A stretch of DNA of 64,000 nt, taken from the NCBI GenBank assembly GCA_021779835.1, contig JAJXZX010000011.1:48046-112045 (forward strand), given 5' to 3'. Below are positions 1-11,739 of the stretch, piece after piece. The notes under the pieces are model-generated. The model searched no databases, was not told the origin of the DNA, and saw only the letters and a list, made by a program, of their open reading frames with translations. A program made the translations under genes and the position numbers. Numbering within the stretch: position 1 is the stretch's first letter; every line of letters starts with the position of its first letter. This DNA comes from Pseudomonadota bacterium (GTDB lineage Bacteria > Pseudomonadota > Alphaproteobacteria > Rhodobacterales > Rhodobacteraceae).

Positions 1-271
1 CTTCACGCGCCCGGGCGGCTTGCACCGCCTTCAGGCGACGCTCCATCTCGGCGTCGCTGATCCCTGCCGGGCGTTTGGACGGATCGCCCAGATGCGCAGC
101 CCCGCCGGATGCCGCAGCCGGAACACCCGGCTTCGGCACGACAACGCGCTTGCGCTTCGTTTCGACCACAACACTCTTGGTCCGCCCGTGGCTGAAGCTT
201 TGCTTCACCTGTCCGGGGCGCGCTGCGCCCCCACCAAGACCAAGGGGTTTCTTACCGTCTGTATCGCTCAT
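1..271 (-). CDS. infB: Translation initiation factor IF-2, N-terminal part (gene continues left of the window)
   Basis: Minus-strand translation from the ATG at 271 gives MSDTDGKKPLGLGGGAQRAPGQVKQSFSHGRTKSVVVETKRKRVV..., a typical alphaproteobacterial IF-2 N-terminus. This ATG overlaps the ylxR stop (ATGA). The position downstream of nusA-ylxR fits the conserved operon. Confidence 0.85.
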   Translation of the reverse strand, partial: MSDTDGKKPLGLGGGAARPGQVKQSFSHGRTKSVVVETKRKRVVVPKPGVPAAASGGAAHLGDPSKRPAGISDAEMERRLKAVQAARARE

Positions 272-987
272 GCGTCTTTCGTGTCCTTCCCGACGGGCGT
301 GCCGTCGATCCGCTCGCGTATGCCCGCAAGCTTTGCCGCTTCCTCTACAACACGGGTCGTGAGTCCACCAGCGGCAAGCGCGCCGTGTATCGCATGTTCC
401 CGTCCGAAAGCCAAACCCAATTCCTGTGCTGTCAAACAGCCTATAAACGTGTCTTTTCCGCCCGGTGGGTGCAGCTTCGATTTGCCCCGCTCCGACCCGT
501 CGGACGCCTGTAGAAGGATACGTGCCCGGTCTTTGACCAGCCAGTCCTTCACTTTTTCATACCCCATCACCGCGTCACCGGCTTTGCGCGCCAGACTGAT
601 CAGATCGACCATCCGCCGCGCCAGTGCCGCCTCGACCTCCGCCACCAGATCCGGCGAGACCTTCACCGGCTGCTTGGCGGCGCGGGCAAACAAACCCTTG
701 CCCGCCGCCTTGGTCAACGCCTTGCGGTCCGCCGCGACCCAGATGCCACGCCCCGGCAAACGGCCAAGCACGTCGGCGACGATCTGCCCCTCTGGCCCCA
801 CCACGAAACGGATCAGCCCAGCCTTAGGCTGCACCTCTCCCGTCGCGATGCAGCGCCGTTCCGGGTCGTCATGGTCCGCTGGCGCGCCGCCTCTGGTCAC
901 CGCTGGTTCGCCCGGGGCCCTTTCAGGCCTCGGCCTCCTCATCGTCATCTTCAGCCACGTCGGCAGAGGCAAGCTCTGCCGGATCAA
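268..987 (-). CDS. YlxR (DUF448) RNA-binding protein fused to an L7Ae-like domain
   Basis: The N-terminal RRCIATGEVQPKAGLIRFVVGPEG...GRGIWV motif is YlxR-like. The C-terminal LISLARKAGDAVMGYEKV...ILLQASDG motif is L7Ae-like. It lies between nusA and infB as in alphaproteobacteria. The true start may be the internal Met near 942-948, which would remove the overlap with nusA. Confidence 0.75.
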   Translation of the reverse strand: MIRQSLPLPTWLKMTMRRPRPERAPGEPAVTRGGAPADHDDPERRCIATGEVQPKAGLIRFVVGPEGQIVADVLGRLPGRGIWVAADRKALTKAAGKGLFARAAKQPVKVSPDLVAEVEAALARRMVDLISLARKAGDAVMGYEKVKDWLVKDRARILLQASDGSERGKSKLHPPGGKDTFIGCLTAQELGLAFGREHAIHGALAAGGLTTRVVEEAAKLAGIRERIDGTPVGKDTKDA

Positions 988-2533
988 CCCAGCCCAGCAT
1001 TACCCGCGCCGTCATCACCAGATGCTGCGCTTCCTCAAGGCTCATGTCGAACTTCTCCAACACGCCCTCGTCCTTCTTGCGCTCGCCATTGACGGTGGTC
1101 CAGCCACCCGCCAATTCCCAGTCCGCACAAGTCGCGAAATCTTCCAGCGTTTTCACGCCATCCAGCGTCAGCGCCTCGAGCATTTGCGGCGTCAGACCCT
1201 CAAAGCTGGCAAGGCTGTCTTCCAGCCCCAATTCGCGCGCATGGGCAATCGCCTTGGCATTTGCCGCCTCGATATTGTCGCGTGCCCGCGCCTGCAATTC
1301 CGCCGCCGTGCCTTCATCAAACCCATCGATCGACAGCAACTCGTCCACGTCGACATAGGCCACTTCTTCCAGGTTGGTGAACCCTTCCGAAACCAGCAGC
1401 TGCGCCATCATCTCGTCGATATCCAGCGTTTCCATGAACAGCTTGGTGCGCTCGGCGAACTCGGCCTGACGGCGCGTGCTTTCCTCGGCTTCGGTCATGA
1501 TGTCGATGTCGAGACCGGTCAACTGGCTCGCCAACCGCACGTTCTGCCCGCGACGCCCGATTGCCAGCGAAAGCTGCTCGTCCGGCACCACCACTTCGAT
1601 CTTGCCCGCTTCGTCGTCGATCACAACCTTGGACACTTCCGCCGGCTGCAACGCGTTCACCAGGAACGTCGCCTGATCCTGGTTCCACGGAATGATGTCG
1701 ATCTTCTCGCCCTGCAACTCGTTCACCACGGCCTGCACACGGCTGCCGCGCATCCCGACGCAAGCGCCAACCGGGTCAATCGAGTTATCATAGGAAATCA
1801 CCGCGATCTTCGCACGAGACCCCGGATCACGCGCCACTGCCTTGATTTCGATGATGCCGTCGTAAATCTCCGGCACTTCCATCTTGAAAAGCTCGGCCAT
1901 GAACTGCGGGTCGGTCCGGCTCAAGAACACCTGCGGGCCACGCGCTTCGCGGCGCACGTCCTTGATATAGGCGCGGATACGGTCGTTCGGGCGATAGCTC
2001 TCGCGGCCGATCTTTTCGTTTCGGCGCAGAATCGCCTCGCCACGGCCGATATCCACGATGATATTGCCGTATTCCTCGCGCTTGACCTGACCGTTGATGA
2101 TCGTGCCTTTGCGGTCCTTGAATTCTTCATACTGACGGTCACGCTCGGCTTCGCGCACCTTTTGCAGGATCACCTGCTTGGCCGATTGCGCCGCGATACG
2201 GCCCATCTCAACCGGCGGCACTTCGTCGATGACCTCTTGGCCAACCTCGGGCTCTGCCAGAAACGCCTTGGCCTGCGCCACGGTCAGCTGTGATTGGTGG
2301 TTTTCCACCTCGTCGTCGCCCACAACCGTGCGCACACGCGTGAACGTCGCGCGGCCGGTCTTGCGGTCGATATGCACGCGGATATCCAGCTCAGAGCCGT
2401 AGCGAGACTTCGCCGCACGGGCGAGGCTTTCTTCCATCGCCTGAATCACAAGATCCGGGTCGATCATCTTCTCGCGCGCAACCGCCTCGGCGGTCTGCAA
2501 TAGCTCCAACTGGTTGGCAGAGGTAATCGCCAT
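923..2533 (-). CDS. nusA: Transcription termination/antitermination factor NusA
   Basis: 536 aa ORF. Contains S1/KH motifs (GIIEIKAVARDPGSRAKIAV, KIDIIPWNQD, GRRGQNVRLASQLTGLDIDIMT) and C-terminal acidic repeats. Confidence 0.95.
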   Translation of the reverse strand: MAITSANQLELLQTAEAVAREKMIDPDLVIQAMEESLARAAKSRYGSELDIRVHIDRKTGRATFTRVRTVVGDDEVENHQSQLTVAQAKAFLAEPEVGQEVIDEVPPVEMGRIAAQSAKQVILQKVREAERDRQYEEFKDRKGTIINGQVKREEYGNIIVDIGRGEAILRRNEKIGRESYRPNDRIRAYIKDVRREARGPQVFLSRTDPQFMAELFKMEVPEIYDGIIEIKAVARDPGSRAKIAVISYDNSIDPVGACVGMRGSRVQAVVNELQGEKIDIIPWNQDQATFLVNALQPAEVSKVVIDDEAGKIEVVVPDEQLSLAIGRRGQNVRLASQLTGLDIDIMTEAEESTRRQAEFAERTKLFMETLDIDEMMAQLLVSEGFTNLEEVAYVDVDELLSIDGFDEGTAAELQARARDNIEAANAKAIAHARELGLEDSLASFEGLTPQMLEALTLDGVKTLEDFATCADWELAGGWTTVNGERKKDEGVLEKFDMSLEEAQHLVMTARVMLGWVDPAELASADVAEDDDEEAEA

Positions 2534-2557
2534 GTCACTCCTCCTCGGAAGCGGTCT

Positions 2558-3157
2558 TCAGTGTGCGGTATCAGGGGGCAACTCTTCGTCACCCTCTTCG
2601 GTTTCAATTTCGTCGAAATCTTCTTCGTTGATGATCCCGGCGTCGCGGCGCTGGCGCAGCATCTCGGCGATCAACTCGTCCGTCAGGATCAGCTTGGCAT
2701 CCGACAGCCATTCAAAGTTCAGCCCAATGGTGCCTTCCTCGATCTCGATCAGCACTTCGTCGCCTTCAACGCCCGCAAGGATACCCTTGAACCGGCGGCG
2801 TCCGTCGATCAGTTCGGTTGTGTCAATCCGCGCCTCATAGCCTTCCCAGACGCCGAAATCCTTCAGCCGGGTCAGCGGGCGGTCGATGCCGGGGCTCGAC
2901 ACTTCCAAGGTATAGTTGTCCTCGATCGGGTCTTCGACGTCCAGAACTGCCGAAACCGCCGTGGAAATCTTCGCGCAATCGTCCACCACGATCCCGCCCT
3001 CGGGACGGTCCGCCATGATCTGCAAGATACGCGTCTTGCCGCCCATCAGCCGCACGCGCACCAATTCGAACCCCAGCCCTTCGATGGCGGGGGTTATGAT
3101 CTCGGCGAGGCGCCGGTCGATGGCGGTTTTGGCAATCAGGTCAGACAAGGTTGGCAA
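2558..3157 (-). CDS. rimP: Ribosome maturation factor RimP
   Basis: 199 aa ORF immediately upstream of nusA, with the conserved arrangement and sequence ([18 protein letters not shown]). Confidence 0.9.
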   Translation of the reverse strand: MPTLSDLIAKTAIDRRLAEIITPAIEGLGFELVRVRLMGGKTRILQIMADRPEGGIVVDDCAKISTAVSAVLDVEDPIEDNYTLEVSSPGIDRPLTRLKDFGVWEGYEARIDTTELIDGRRRFKGILAGVEGDEVLIEIEEGTIGLNFEWLSDAKLILTDELIAEMLRQRRDAGIINEEDFDEIETEEGDEELPPDTAH

Positions 3158-3180
3158 CTCTGCTGTGCATTCGGGTTTCG

Positions 3181-3210
3181 GAAAACAAAAAAACGGGCGC
3201 GCGGCCCGTC
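3181..3210 (-). terminator. Rho-independent terminator downstream of tspO
   Basis: On the minus strand the hairpin ACGGGC-cgcgc-GCCCGT is followed by TTTTTTTGTTTTC. It lies between the tspO stop and the rimP start. Confidence 0.6.
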
Positions 3211-3308
3211 ATTCCTGCCGGTGGCGCTTCAGGTTTGGACCCCAAAGCACCGCTGTTGAGGTGCATATACCCATCAAAGCCCGAGTCTGCAAGCCTCGAT
3301 GCGTGTCC

Positions 3309-3767
3309 TCACGCCACTGTGCCCCGGTTATCGCGCCACACGCGCCAGTTCAGCGCGGCGGCCACCGTCAGCCATGCCAGATAGGGCAGCACAAAAACCG
3401 CCGCCAGCGCATCCAACTGCCAAAACGCCACCAGCATTGCCGCCACGGTTAGCCACAGCACCGCGATCACGACCATCGCAAGCCCCATGCGTTTCGCCCC
3501 GAAAAACACAGGGGTCCACAACGTATTCAGCGTGATTTGCAGCGCCCAGAACGCCATCGCCTGCGCATTGTCCGGCTTCACCGCGATCCGCGTCGCGGCC
3601 CATGCGCTCAGCAGGTAAAGGATCGTCCACACCACCGGAAACATCCAGTTTGGAGGCACCCATGTCGGTTTTTGCAGGCTGTCATACCACGCGCCGGGCT
3701 TGAAAATCATGCCCGTCGCCGCCGCCGCGACCGAAGCCGCAACAAAGGTCAGGAAAAGGTCCAGCAC
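3309..3767 (-). CDS. tspO: Tryptophan-rich sensory protein TspO/MBR family
   Basis: 152 aa ORF with five TM segments rich in W, Y and P (WYDSLQKPTWVPPNWMFPVVWTILY...), typical of TspO. Confidence 0.85.
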   Translation of the reverse strand: MLDLFLTFVAASVAAAATGMIFKPGAWYDSLQKPTWVPPNWMFPVVWTILYLLSAWAATRIAVKPDNAQAMAFWALQITLNTLWTPVFFGAKRMGLAMVVIAVLWLTVAAMLVAFWQLDALAAVFVLPYLAWLTVAAALNWRVWRDNRGTVA

Positions 3768-3821
3768 GTCACGCCCTCCGCAAATCTTTTATGCCTGTCG
3801 AAGCCGCATCGCGCCCCGATT

Positions 3822-4967
3822 TCAGCCCTTCATACCGTCCCAAAAGCTCTTCACTTTCGAGAAGAACGACGAACCTTCCGGATTATTATTCTCGCTGAGC
3901 TTTTCGAATTCTTGCAGCAATTCCCGCTGTTTGGCGGTCAGATTAACCGGCGTTTCGATGGCCATCTCGATCATCATGTCGCCATGCCCGCCGCCCCGCA
4001 GCGCTGGCATCCCCTTGGATCGAAGCCGCATCTGCTTGCCATTCTGGCTGCCCGCCGGCACCTTGACCCGTGCCCGCCCGCCGTCGATCGAGGGAACCTC
4101 GATATCGCCGCCCAACGCCGCCGTGATCATCGAAACCGGAACCCGGCAGAATAGGTTAATCCCGTCCCGTTGGAACAGCGGATGCTCGCGCACCTCGATG
4201 AAGATATAAAGATCCCCCGTCGGCCCGCCGCGCATCCCGGCCTCGCCTTCGCCCGCCAGCCGGATCCGCGTGCCGGTCTCGACCCCAGCCGGGATATTGA
4301 CCGACAAAGCCCGCTCTTTCTCGATCCGCCCCGCCCCGCCACAAGACCGGCAGGGGTTCTTGACGATCTGGCCCATGCCGGAGCACGCCGGACAGGTCCG
4401 CTCGACGGTAAAGAAGCCTTGTTGCGCGCGAACCTTGCCCATCCCCGCGCACGTCGGGCAGGTTACAGGCTCCGCCCCGCCCTCGGCCCCGGTCCCGCTA
4501 CAGGCAGTGCAGGCCACTGAAGCGGGCACGTTGATGGTTTTCTGGATGCCGGTATAGGCCTCTTCCAGCGTGACGCGCAGGTTATAGCGTAGGTCAGACC
4601 CACGCTGCGCCCGACTACGTCCGCCGCCAGCCCCGCGGCCGCCCATGAAATCGCCGAACAGATCCTCGAACACGTCCGAGAAGGCCGAGGCGAAGTCGCC
4701 CTGACCACCCATGCCGCCGCGCCCCGCGCCGCCCATGCCACCTTCAAAGGCCGCGTGGCCATAGCGGTCATAGGCCGCCTTGCGGTCGGGATCCTTCAGC
4801 GCGTCATAGGCCTCGTTCAGGTCCTTGAACTGCGCCTCGGCATGCGGATTGTCCGAATTCCGGTCAGGGTGAAGCTCTTTCGCCTTGACCCGATAGGCCT
4901 TCTTTATCTCTTCCGCCGACGCCCCACGGGCACAGCCCAGAACCTCGTAATAGTCGCGTTTTGCCAT
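3822..4967 (-). CDS. dnaJ: Chaperone DnaJ
   Basis: J-domain (DYYEVLG...HPDRN), G/F-rich linker, four CxxCxGxG zinc-finger repeats. It is downstream of dnaK. Confidence 0.97.
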   Translation of the reverse strand: MAKRDYYEVLGCARGASAEEIKKAYRVKAKELHPDRNSDNPHAEAQFKDLNEAYDALKDPDRKAAYDRYGHAAFEGGMGGAGRGGMGGQGDFASAFSDVFEDLFGDFMGGRGAGGGRSRAQRGSDLRYNLRVTLEEAYTGIQKTINVPASVACTACSGTGAEGGAEPVTCPTCAGMGKVRAQQGFFTVERTCPACSGMGQIVKNPCRSCGGAGRIEKERALSVNIPAGVETGTRIRLAGEGEAGMRGGPTGDLYIFIEVREHPLFQRDGINLFCRVPVSMITAALGGDIEVPSIDGGRARVKVPAGSQNGKQMRLRSKGMPALRGGGHGDMMIEMAIETPVNLTAKQRELLQEFEKLSENNNPEGSSFFSKVKSFWDGMKG

Positions 4968-5035
4968 AGAGGGTCCCCTTGGGAACGCGTGAAGCGGCCC
5001 GTCTCCGGGCCGCCTCCGCTAAGTTCCGAGCGCGG

Positions 5036-6949
<1,914 letters not shown>

Positions 6950-7059
6950 ATGTCTTACCTCTTCTGGCGATGTTATGGAGCGCAGACCCGAAAGCGGCCT
7001 CTGCCTCCGATCCCAAATTTTCGAAGCCAGACTGTTACCAGCCATGACCTCGTAGCTTC

Positions 7060-7095
7060 TGGGCGTATATAAGGAGGGGTTTTCAGGCCTGCAAG
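7060..7095 (-). promoter_or_regulatory. Candidate sigma-32 (RpoH) heat-shock promoter for dnaK
   Basis: Minus strand reads CTTG-N18-CTTATAT (CTTGCAGGCCTGAAAACCCCTCCTTATATA), about 100 nt upstream of the dnaK start. This matches the alphaproteobacterial RpoH consensus CTTG-N17/18-CYTATNT. Confidence 0.4.
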
Positions 7096-7127
7096 CGTCG
7101 GGAGGCCGGGAATTTCAAGGAACCGTC

Positions 7128-7772
7128 ATGAAAAAGAGAATCGAATCCGAGGTTTTGCCCCCCAAACCGCTGCCAGATATGATGCTGCGCGGTTTTGCGA
7201 TTCATTCCAGCTTTCTGGATACAGGCGCGCAGGAGGCGCTGGTCGAGGATCTTCGCGCCGTCATTCGCACCGCACCGCTGTTTTCGCCGCAGACCGCGCA
7301 GGGCAAGACGATGAGCGTGCGCATGACCTCTGCTGGGCGATATGGCTGGTTTTCCGACCGCGCGGGCTACCGCTACATTCCGACCCATCCGGGCGGCAGT
7401 GACTGGCCCGCGATCCCAGAGCGGGTGCTGGCGATCTGGCGCGCACTGGTCAGCCGCGAGCGAATGCCGGATTGCTGTCTGGTGAACTTTTACGCCGAAG
7501 GGGCGCGGATGGGCCTGCATCAGGACCGGGACGAGGCTGATTTTACCTGGCCGGTTTTGTCCATCTCGCTGGGCGACGAGGGATTGTTCCGCGTCGGCGC
7601 CACCACACGCGGCGGCGCTACGGCAAGCGTTTGGCTGCGGTCGGGGGATGTTGTGGTGATGGGGGGCGACGCGCGGCTTGCCTATCACGGCATTGACCGC
7701 ATCCGCGCCGGCAGCTCCACGCTGTTGCCCAAGGGCGGCAGGATCAACTTGACTTTGCGCGTCGTCGACTAA
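7128..7772 (+). CDS. alkB: Alpha-ketoglutarate-dependent dioxygenase AlkB (DNA/RNA demethylase)
   Basis: 214 aa ORF with an HxD...H iron-binding pattern (GLHQDRDE...AYHGI) and the AlkB signature. A GGA-rich SD precedes it. Confidence 0.85.
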   Translation: MKKRIESEVLPPKPLPDMMLRGFAIHSSFLDTGAQEALVEDLRAVIRTAPLFSPQTAQGKTMSVRMTSAGRYGWFSDRAGYRYIPTHPGGSDWPAIPERVLAIWRALVSRERMPDCCLVNFYAEGARMGLHQDRDEADFTWPVLSISLGDEGLFRVGATTRGGATASVWLRSGDVVVMGGDARLAYHGIDRIRAGSSTLLPKGGRINLTLRVVD

Positions 7773-7776
7773 CCGA

Positions 7777-8595
7777 TCAGCGTCCGGCGTCCCAGCTCAT
7801 CGAGGCATGTTGGCCGGTGTAGAACTCACCGATCAGGCCGATCATCAGGCAGACGCAGCTGACGTAAAGCGGATAGGTCCACGAGCTGAAATGCGGGTTG
7901 TAGTTGGCAAAAGTAAAGCCACGCGCCTGATCGATGGTGTGGAAAAGCGGGTTCCAGCTAAACATCGCAAGCATCTTTGGCGTAAGGGAATTTGCCAGAA
8001 ACATCTTGCCCGACGCGATCATGTTGGCGCGCTGGAATACCGTGGTCAGGATTGTGACCAACTCTGGTTGCCAGGGTTTCGCGGCGCGGAAGATCATGCC
8101 GATAGCGACTCCGGCAAACCATGCGAGCAAAAGCATCCCGAACGCCTGCACGGGTTGATCGATGGTGATCGGGTGGAAGGCCATGGCATAGATTGCCAGC
8201 ACCGCAATCATCGACAAAACCTGAATATAAAGCGACCCCAACGCCGCACCCGCGATCGAGACGATCGGGTTCATCGGCGCGTGCTTCATCATTGGCGAGG
8301 TCCATCCATCCGCCGACGTCACCGCCGCGATGGCGCGGATGTGGGTGATAAACAGAAAGATGCCCGACATGATGTACAGGATGAAATCACCGCGCACGCG
8401 TTGCGTTGTCAGGCCCAAAACGGCGTAGGTAAAATAAAAGCCCACAATCATCATCGCCGTCTGAAACATGTTCAACAGCAGACTAATCAGGGCATTGCCA
8501 TGCGTCTTGCGCACACTGCGCACCGCGATGTGGTAAATCAGTTCCATCTGGCCGAGGAACGAGCGCATCGGGGGCCGTTGGACAGGAGTAAACAT
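7777..8595 (-). CDS. ABC-2 type polysaccharide export permease (KpsM/Wzm-like)
   Basis: About 270 aa with six TM helices and ABC-2 family features. The start is taken at MFTPVQRPP. No ATPase gene is adjacent. Confidence 0.7.
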   Translation of the reverse strand: MFTPVQRPPMRSFLGQMELIYHIAVRSVRKTHGNALISLLLNMFQTAMMIVGFYFTYAVLGLTTQRVRGDFILYIMSGIFLFITHIRAIAAVTSADGWTSPMMKHAPMNPIVSIAGAALGSLYIQVLSMIAVLAIYAMAFHPITIDQPVQAFGMLLLAWFAGVAIGMIFRAAKPWQPELVTILTTVFQRANMIASGKMFLANSLTPKMLAMFSWNPLFHTIDQARGFTFANYNPHFSSWTYPLYVSCVCLMIGLIGEFYTGQHASMSWDAGR

Positions 8596-8741
8596 GGACG
8601 CCTTGCTTGATAACGACGGTAAGGGAACACATTCCGTAGCGGAAAATCTTGCCGAATTCATGGCATACAATCATATGGACGCCAAAAGGTTTAATCAACA
8701 CGCTGCGATCTGATGCGTGTCGCGAGGGAAAAGGGGACACG

Positions 8742-9539
8742 ATGGATCTTCAACGTCTTGAAACGGTAAGCCGCAGGCTGGCCTTGGAGGCGGGCGACCG
8801 CATCATGGAAATCTATGGCTCTGCTGATTTTGCCGTGCGCACCAAATCCGACGCGAGCCCGGTGACCGAGGCAGACGAGGCCGCCGATGCCCTGATCTCT
8901 GCCGGGTTGCGCGCGGCATTCCCCGATGTTGCGCTGGTGACTGAGGAGCAGGCCGCGTCGCACGGGCAAAGCGTTTCGACGTTCCTGATCGTCGATCCGT
9001 TGGACGGCACCAAGGAGTTCGTGCAGCGGCGCGGCGATTTCACCGTCAACATTGCCTATGTCGAAAATGGGGTGCCAATTCGGGGCGTGGTTTACGCGCC
9101 CGCAAAGGGGCGCCTGTTCTACACCCGCGCCGATGGTCAGTCGGTTGAGGAGGCCGCGCCCTTTGCCAAAGACAAGATTGGTCCGCTGTCGCTTATGGCG
9201 GTGTCCAAGCCTGACAACAGCGCACTGATGGTTGTCGCGTCAAAGTCGCATCGCGATCAGGCGACCGACGATTACATCGGCAAATACGCGGTGAAAGACA
9301 TGACCAGCGCAGGCTCGTCGCTGAAGTTCTGCCTTGTCGCGACGGGCGAGGCTGACCTCTACCCCCGTCTGGGTCGCACGATGGAATGGGACACGGCGGC
9401 GGGTGACGCCGTTCTGCGCGGCGCGGGCGGCCATGTCGTTCGCTTCGATGACCACCAGCCGCTTGCCTATGGCAAACCCGGCTTCGATAATCCCTTCTTC
9501 ATCGCCTACGCTCCCGGCGTCGATCTCAAGGTGTCCTGA
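8742..9539 (+). CDS. cysQ: 3'(2'),5'-bisphosphate nucleotidase CysQ (inositol monophosphatase family)
   Basis: Motifs PVTEADEAAD, LIVDPLDGTKEF and WDTAAGDAVL. The start is taken at MDLQRLETV with the SD GGGGACACG upstream. Confidence 0.85.
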   Translation: MDLQRLETVSRRLALEAGDRIMEIYGSADFAVRTKSDASPVTEADEAADALISAGLRAAFPDVALVTEEQAASHGQSVSTFLIVDPLDGTKEFVQRRGDFTVNIAYVENGVPIRGVVYAPAKGRLFYTRADGQSVEEAAPFAKDKIGPLSLMAVSKPDNSALMVVASKSHRDQATDDYIGKYAVKDMTSAGSSLKFCLVATGEADLYPRLGRTMEWDTAAGDAVLRGAGGHVVRFDDHQPLAYGKPGFDNPFFIAYAPGVDLKVS

Positions 9540-10339
9540 TGGCCGTCCTTATCGCAATCCCCGCCCGCTACGCCTCCACCCGCTATCCCGGCAAACCGCT
9601 GGTTGCTCTGCGTGGCCCCGATGGTGTGTCGAAGACTCTGATCCAGCGGTCATGGGAGGCCGCGATGGCGGTTCGCGGTGCCGACCGCGTCGTGGTCGTA
9701 ACCGACGACGACCGTATCCGCGCGGTTGCCGAGGACTTCGGTGCCGAGGTGGTGATGACCTCTGAGCAGTGCCAGAACGGCACCGAACGCTGCGCCGAGG
9801 CGTATGACCGGCTTGGGGGCGGGTTTGACATCGTGGTGAACCTGCAAGGCGACGCCCCGCTGACGCCGCATTGGTTCGTCGAGGAACTGGTGGCGGGCCT
9901 GCGCGCCGATCCGGTGGCAGAAGTTGCAACCCCGGTTCTGCGCTGCGACGGGCGCGCGCTCAACGGCTTTCTGGACGACCGCCGCGCTGGTCGCGTCGGC
10001 GGCACCACGGCCGTCTTTGGCCGCGACCGCAAGGCGCTCTATTTCTCCAAGGAAGTGATACCCTATACGGGCAAGACCTACGCCGACGACGCGGAAACGC
10101 CGGTGTTCCACCATGTCGGCGTCTACGCCTACCGCCCCTCGGCGCTTGCCGCCTACCCGCGCTGGGAGGCCGGGCCGCTGGAGCAGCTTGAAGGGTTGGA
10201 GCAGTTGCGTTTCCTTGAGCGTGAACGCCCGGTGCTGTGCGTCGAGGTCGAGGCGAAGGGCCGCCAGTTCTGGGAGCTGAACAACCCCCATGACGTGCCG
10301 AAGATCGAGGCGATGCTGGCGGAAATGGCGGCGGGATGA
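9539..10339 (+). CDS. kdsB: 3-deoxy-manno-octulosonate cytidylyltransferase (CMP-Kdo synthetase, KdsB/KpsU)
   Basis: MAVLIAIPARYASTRYPGKPL... is the canonical KdsB N-terminus. The start overlaps the cysQ stop (TGATG). Confidence 0.9.
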   Translation: MAVLIAIPARYASTRYPGKPLVALRGPDGVSKTLIQRSWEAAMAVRGADRVVVVTDDDRIRAVAEDFGAEVVMTSEQCQNGTERCAEAYDRLGGGFDIVVNLQGDAPLTPHWFVEELVAGLRADPVAEVATPVLRCDGRALNGFLDDRRAGRVGGTTAVFGRDRKALYFSKEVIPYTGKTYADDAETPVFHHVGVYAYRPSALAAYPRWEAGPLEQLEGLEQLRFLERERPVLCVEVEAKGRQFWELNNPHDVPKIEAMLAEMAAG

Positions 10340-11556
10340 CCCGCCCTCCGGTCAGCGTCATCGTCGTCAGCCGCCACCGCGCGGAGGCGCTGCGACGCTG
10401 CCTGACCGGGATTTCGCAGCTCGATCACCCCAATTTCGAGGTGGTTGTGGTGGCCGATCCGGCCGCACTTGCTAGGCTTGGCGCGACCGACGCTTACAAG
10501 ACATGTGTCTATGATGAGGCCAACATATCGGCCGCGCGCAACCTTGGCCTTGACCGCGCGGCGGGCGAGGTGGTGGCCTTCATCGACGACGACGCGGTGC
10601 CAGAACCGACCTGGCTTTCCCGCCTCACCGCACCGTTTGATGACGCCCGCGTTGGTGCGGCCGGTGGCTTTGTGCGCGGACGCAACGGTATTTCCTACCA
10701 ATGGCGCGCGTCAGAGGTGGATGCGTTCGGGCAGGACCATGCGCTTGAGGTTGATCCCGTCGCGACGACCCTCCACACCCCATCGCCGGGGCGTGCGGTC
10801 AAGACGCAAGGCACCAATTGTGCGTTCCGCCTCAGTGCTTTGACTGACATCGGTGGCTTTGACGAGGCGCTGCATTTCTACCTTGACGACGCCGATGTGA
10901 ATCTGCGTCTGGCGCGTGCAGGCTGGACAGCCGCCGTGGTGCCAAGCGCGCAGGTTCACCACGGCTACGCTGCCAGCACGCGCCGCAGTAGCACCCGCGC
11001 GCCACTGACCCTTTTCGACATCGGCGCCAGTTCCGCCGTTTTCCTGCGGCGCCACACCCCAACCGAAGACCCGGCGCCGACCCTCGCGCGGCTGGAGGCC
11101 GATCAGCGTCGGCGGCTGATCGCCATGATGGGTGCGGGCGTCGTCAAGCCGCGCGATGTTGCGCGTCTGCTGGCCACCCTTGTTGCTGGAATTGCGGATG
11201 GAACTGCCCGCACTTTGCCGCCCCTTACGCGGCCCTTGCCCACCCCCTCGACGTTCCACGCCATGCCGCACACTGGCCCGCGCCCGGGTCTCGTCCTCGC
11301 GGGGCGCCCATGGTCGCGCCGCCGTCTGCGCGCCGAGGCGCAACACCACGCCGCAGAGGCGATCGTGACCCTCTTCCGCTTCAGCCCGACCGCTCTCGCG
11401 CATCACATGCGCTATGACCCGGCGGGGTTCTGGGAGCAAATTGGCGGCCTCTTTGGTCGTGCCGACCGCAGCGAACTTCGGGTGCAGCCGTGGACGTTTC
11501 ACGCTCGCCTGTGCCACGAAATCCGCCGGATAAGCGACTTTCGGCCTATCCGCTGA
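10336..11556 (+). CDS. Glycosyltransferase family 2
   Basis: N-terminal GT-A fold (VSVIVVSRHRAEALRRCL, DxD at FIDDDAV). The start overlaps the kdsB stop (ATGA). Confidence 0.8.
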   Translation: MTRPPVSVIVVSRHRAEALRRCLTGISQLDHPNFEVVVVADPAALARLGATDAYKTCVYDEANISAARNLGLDRAAGEVVAFIDDDAVPEPTWLSRLTAPFDDARVGAAGGFVRGRNGISYQWRASEVDAFGQDHALEVDPVATTLHTPSPGRAVKTQGTNCAFRLSALTDIGGFDEALHFYLDDADVNLRLARAGWTAAVVPSAQVHHGYAASTRRSSTRAPLTLFDIGASSAVFLRRHTPTEDPAPTLARLEADQRRRLIAMMGAGVVKPRDVARLLATLVAGIADGTARTLPPLTRPLPTPSTFHAMPHTGPRPGLVLAGRPWSRRRLRAEAQHHAAEAIVTLFRFSPTALAHHMRYDPAGFWEQIGGLFGRADRSELRVQPWTFHARLCHEIRRISDFRPIR

Positions 11557-11739
11557 TCTTGTTCACCTTTGACCATCCATTTGTTTCGCGATCAGCGCAT
11601 AACGCGCGCAAGGGGGCATTATTGCTGTGATCTCCCCCTTCCTGACCGCCATATTTTTGACGACTATGTACGCCAATGTCGGCAGGAAAGAATCGCATCC
11701 TTCCGGCTAAAAGCCGCGTTGGGTAAAGTTGAGGTATAA

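Noticed and set aside
20-2293. 757 aa ORF on the plus strand
   Set aside because: It lies entirely antisense to nusA/ylxR/infB. The translation is compositionally biased (R/A/L-rich) with no recognisable domains, which is a typical high-GC antisense artefact.
3328-3663. 111 aa minus-strand ORF overlapping tspO in another frame
   Set aside because: It is out of frame with the well-supported TspO gene. Gly/Ala/Arg-rich nonsense translation.
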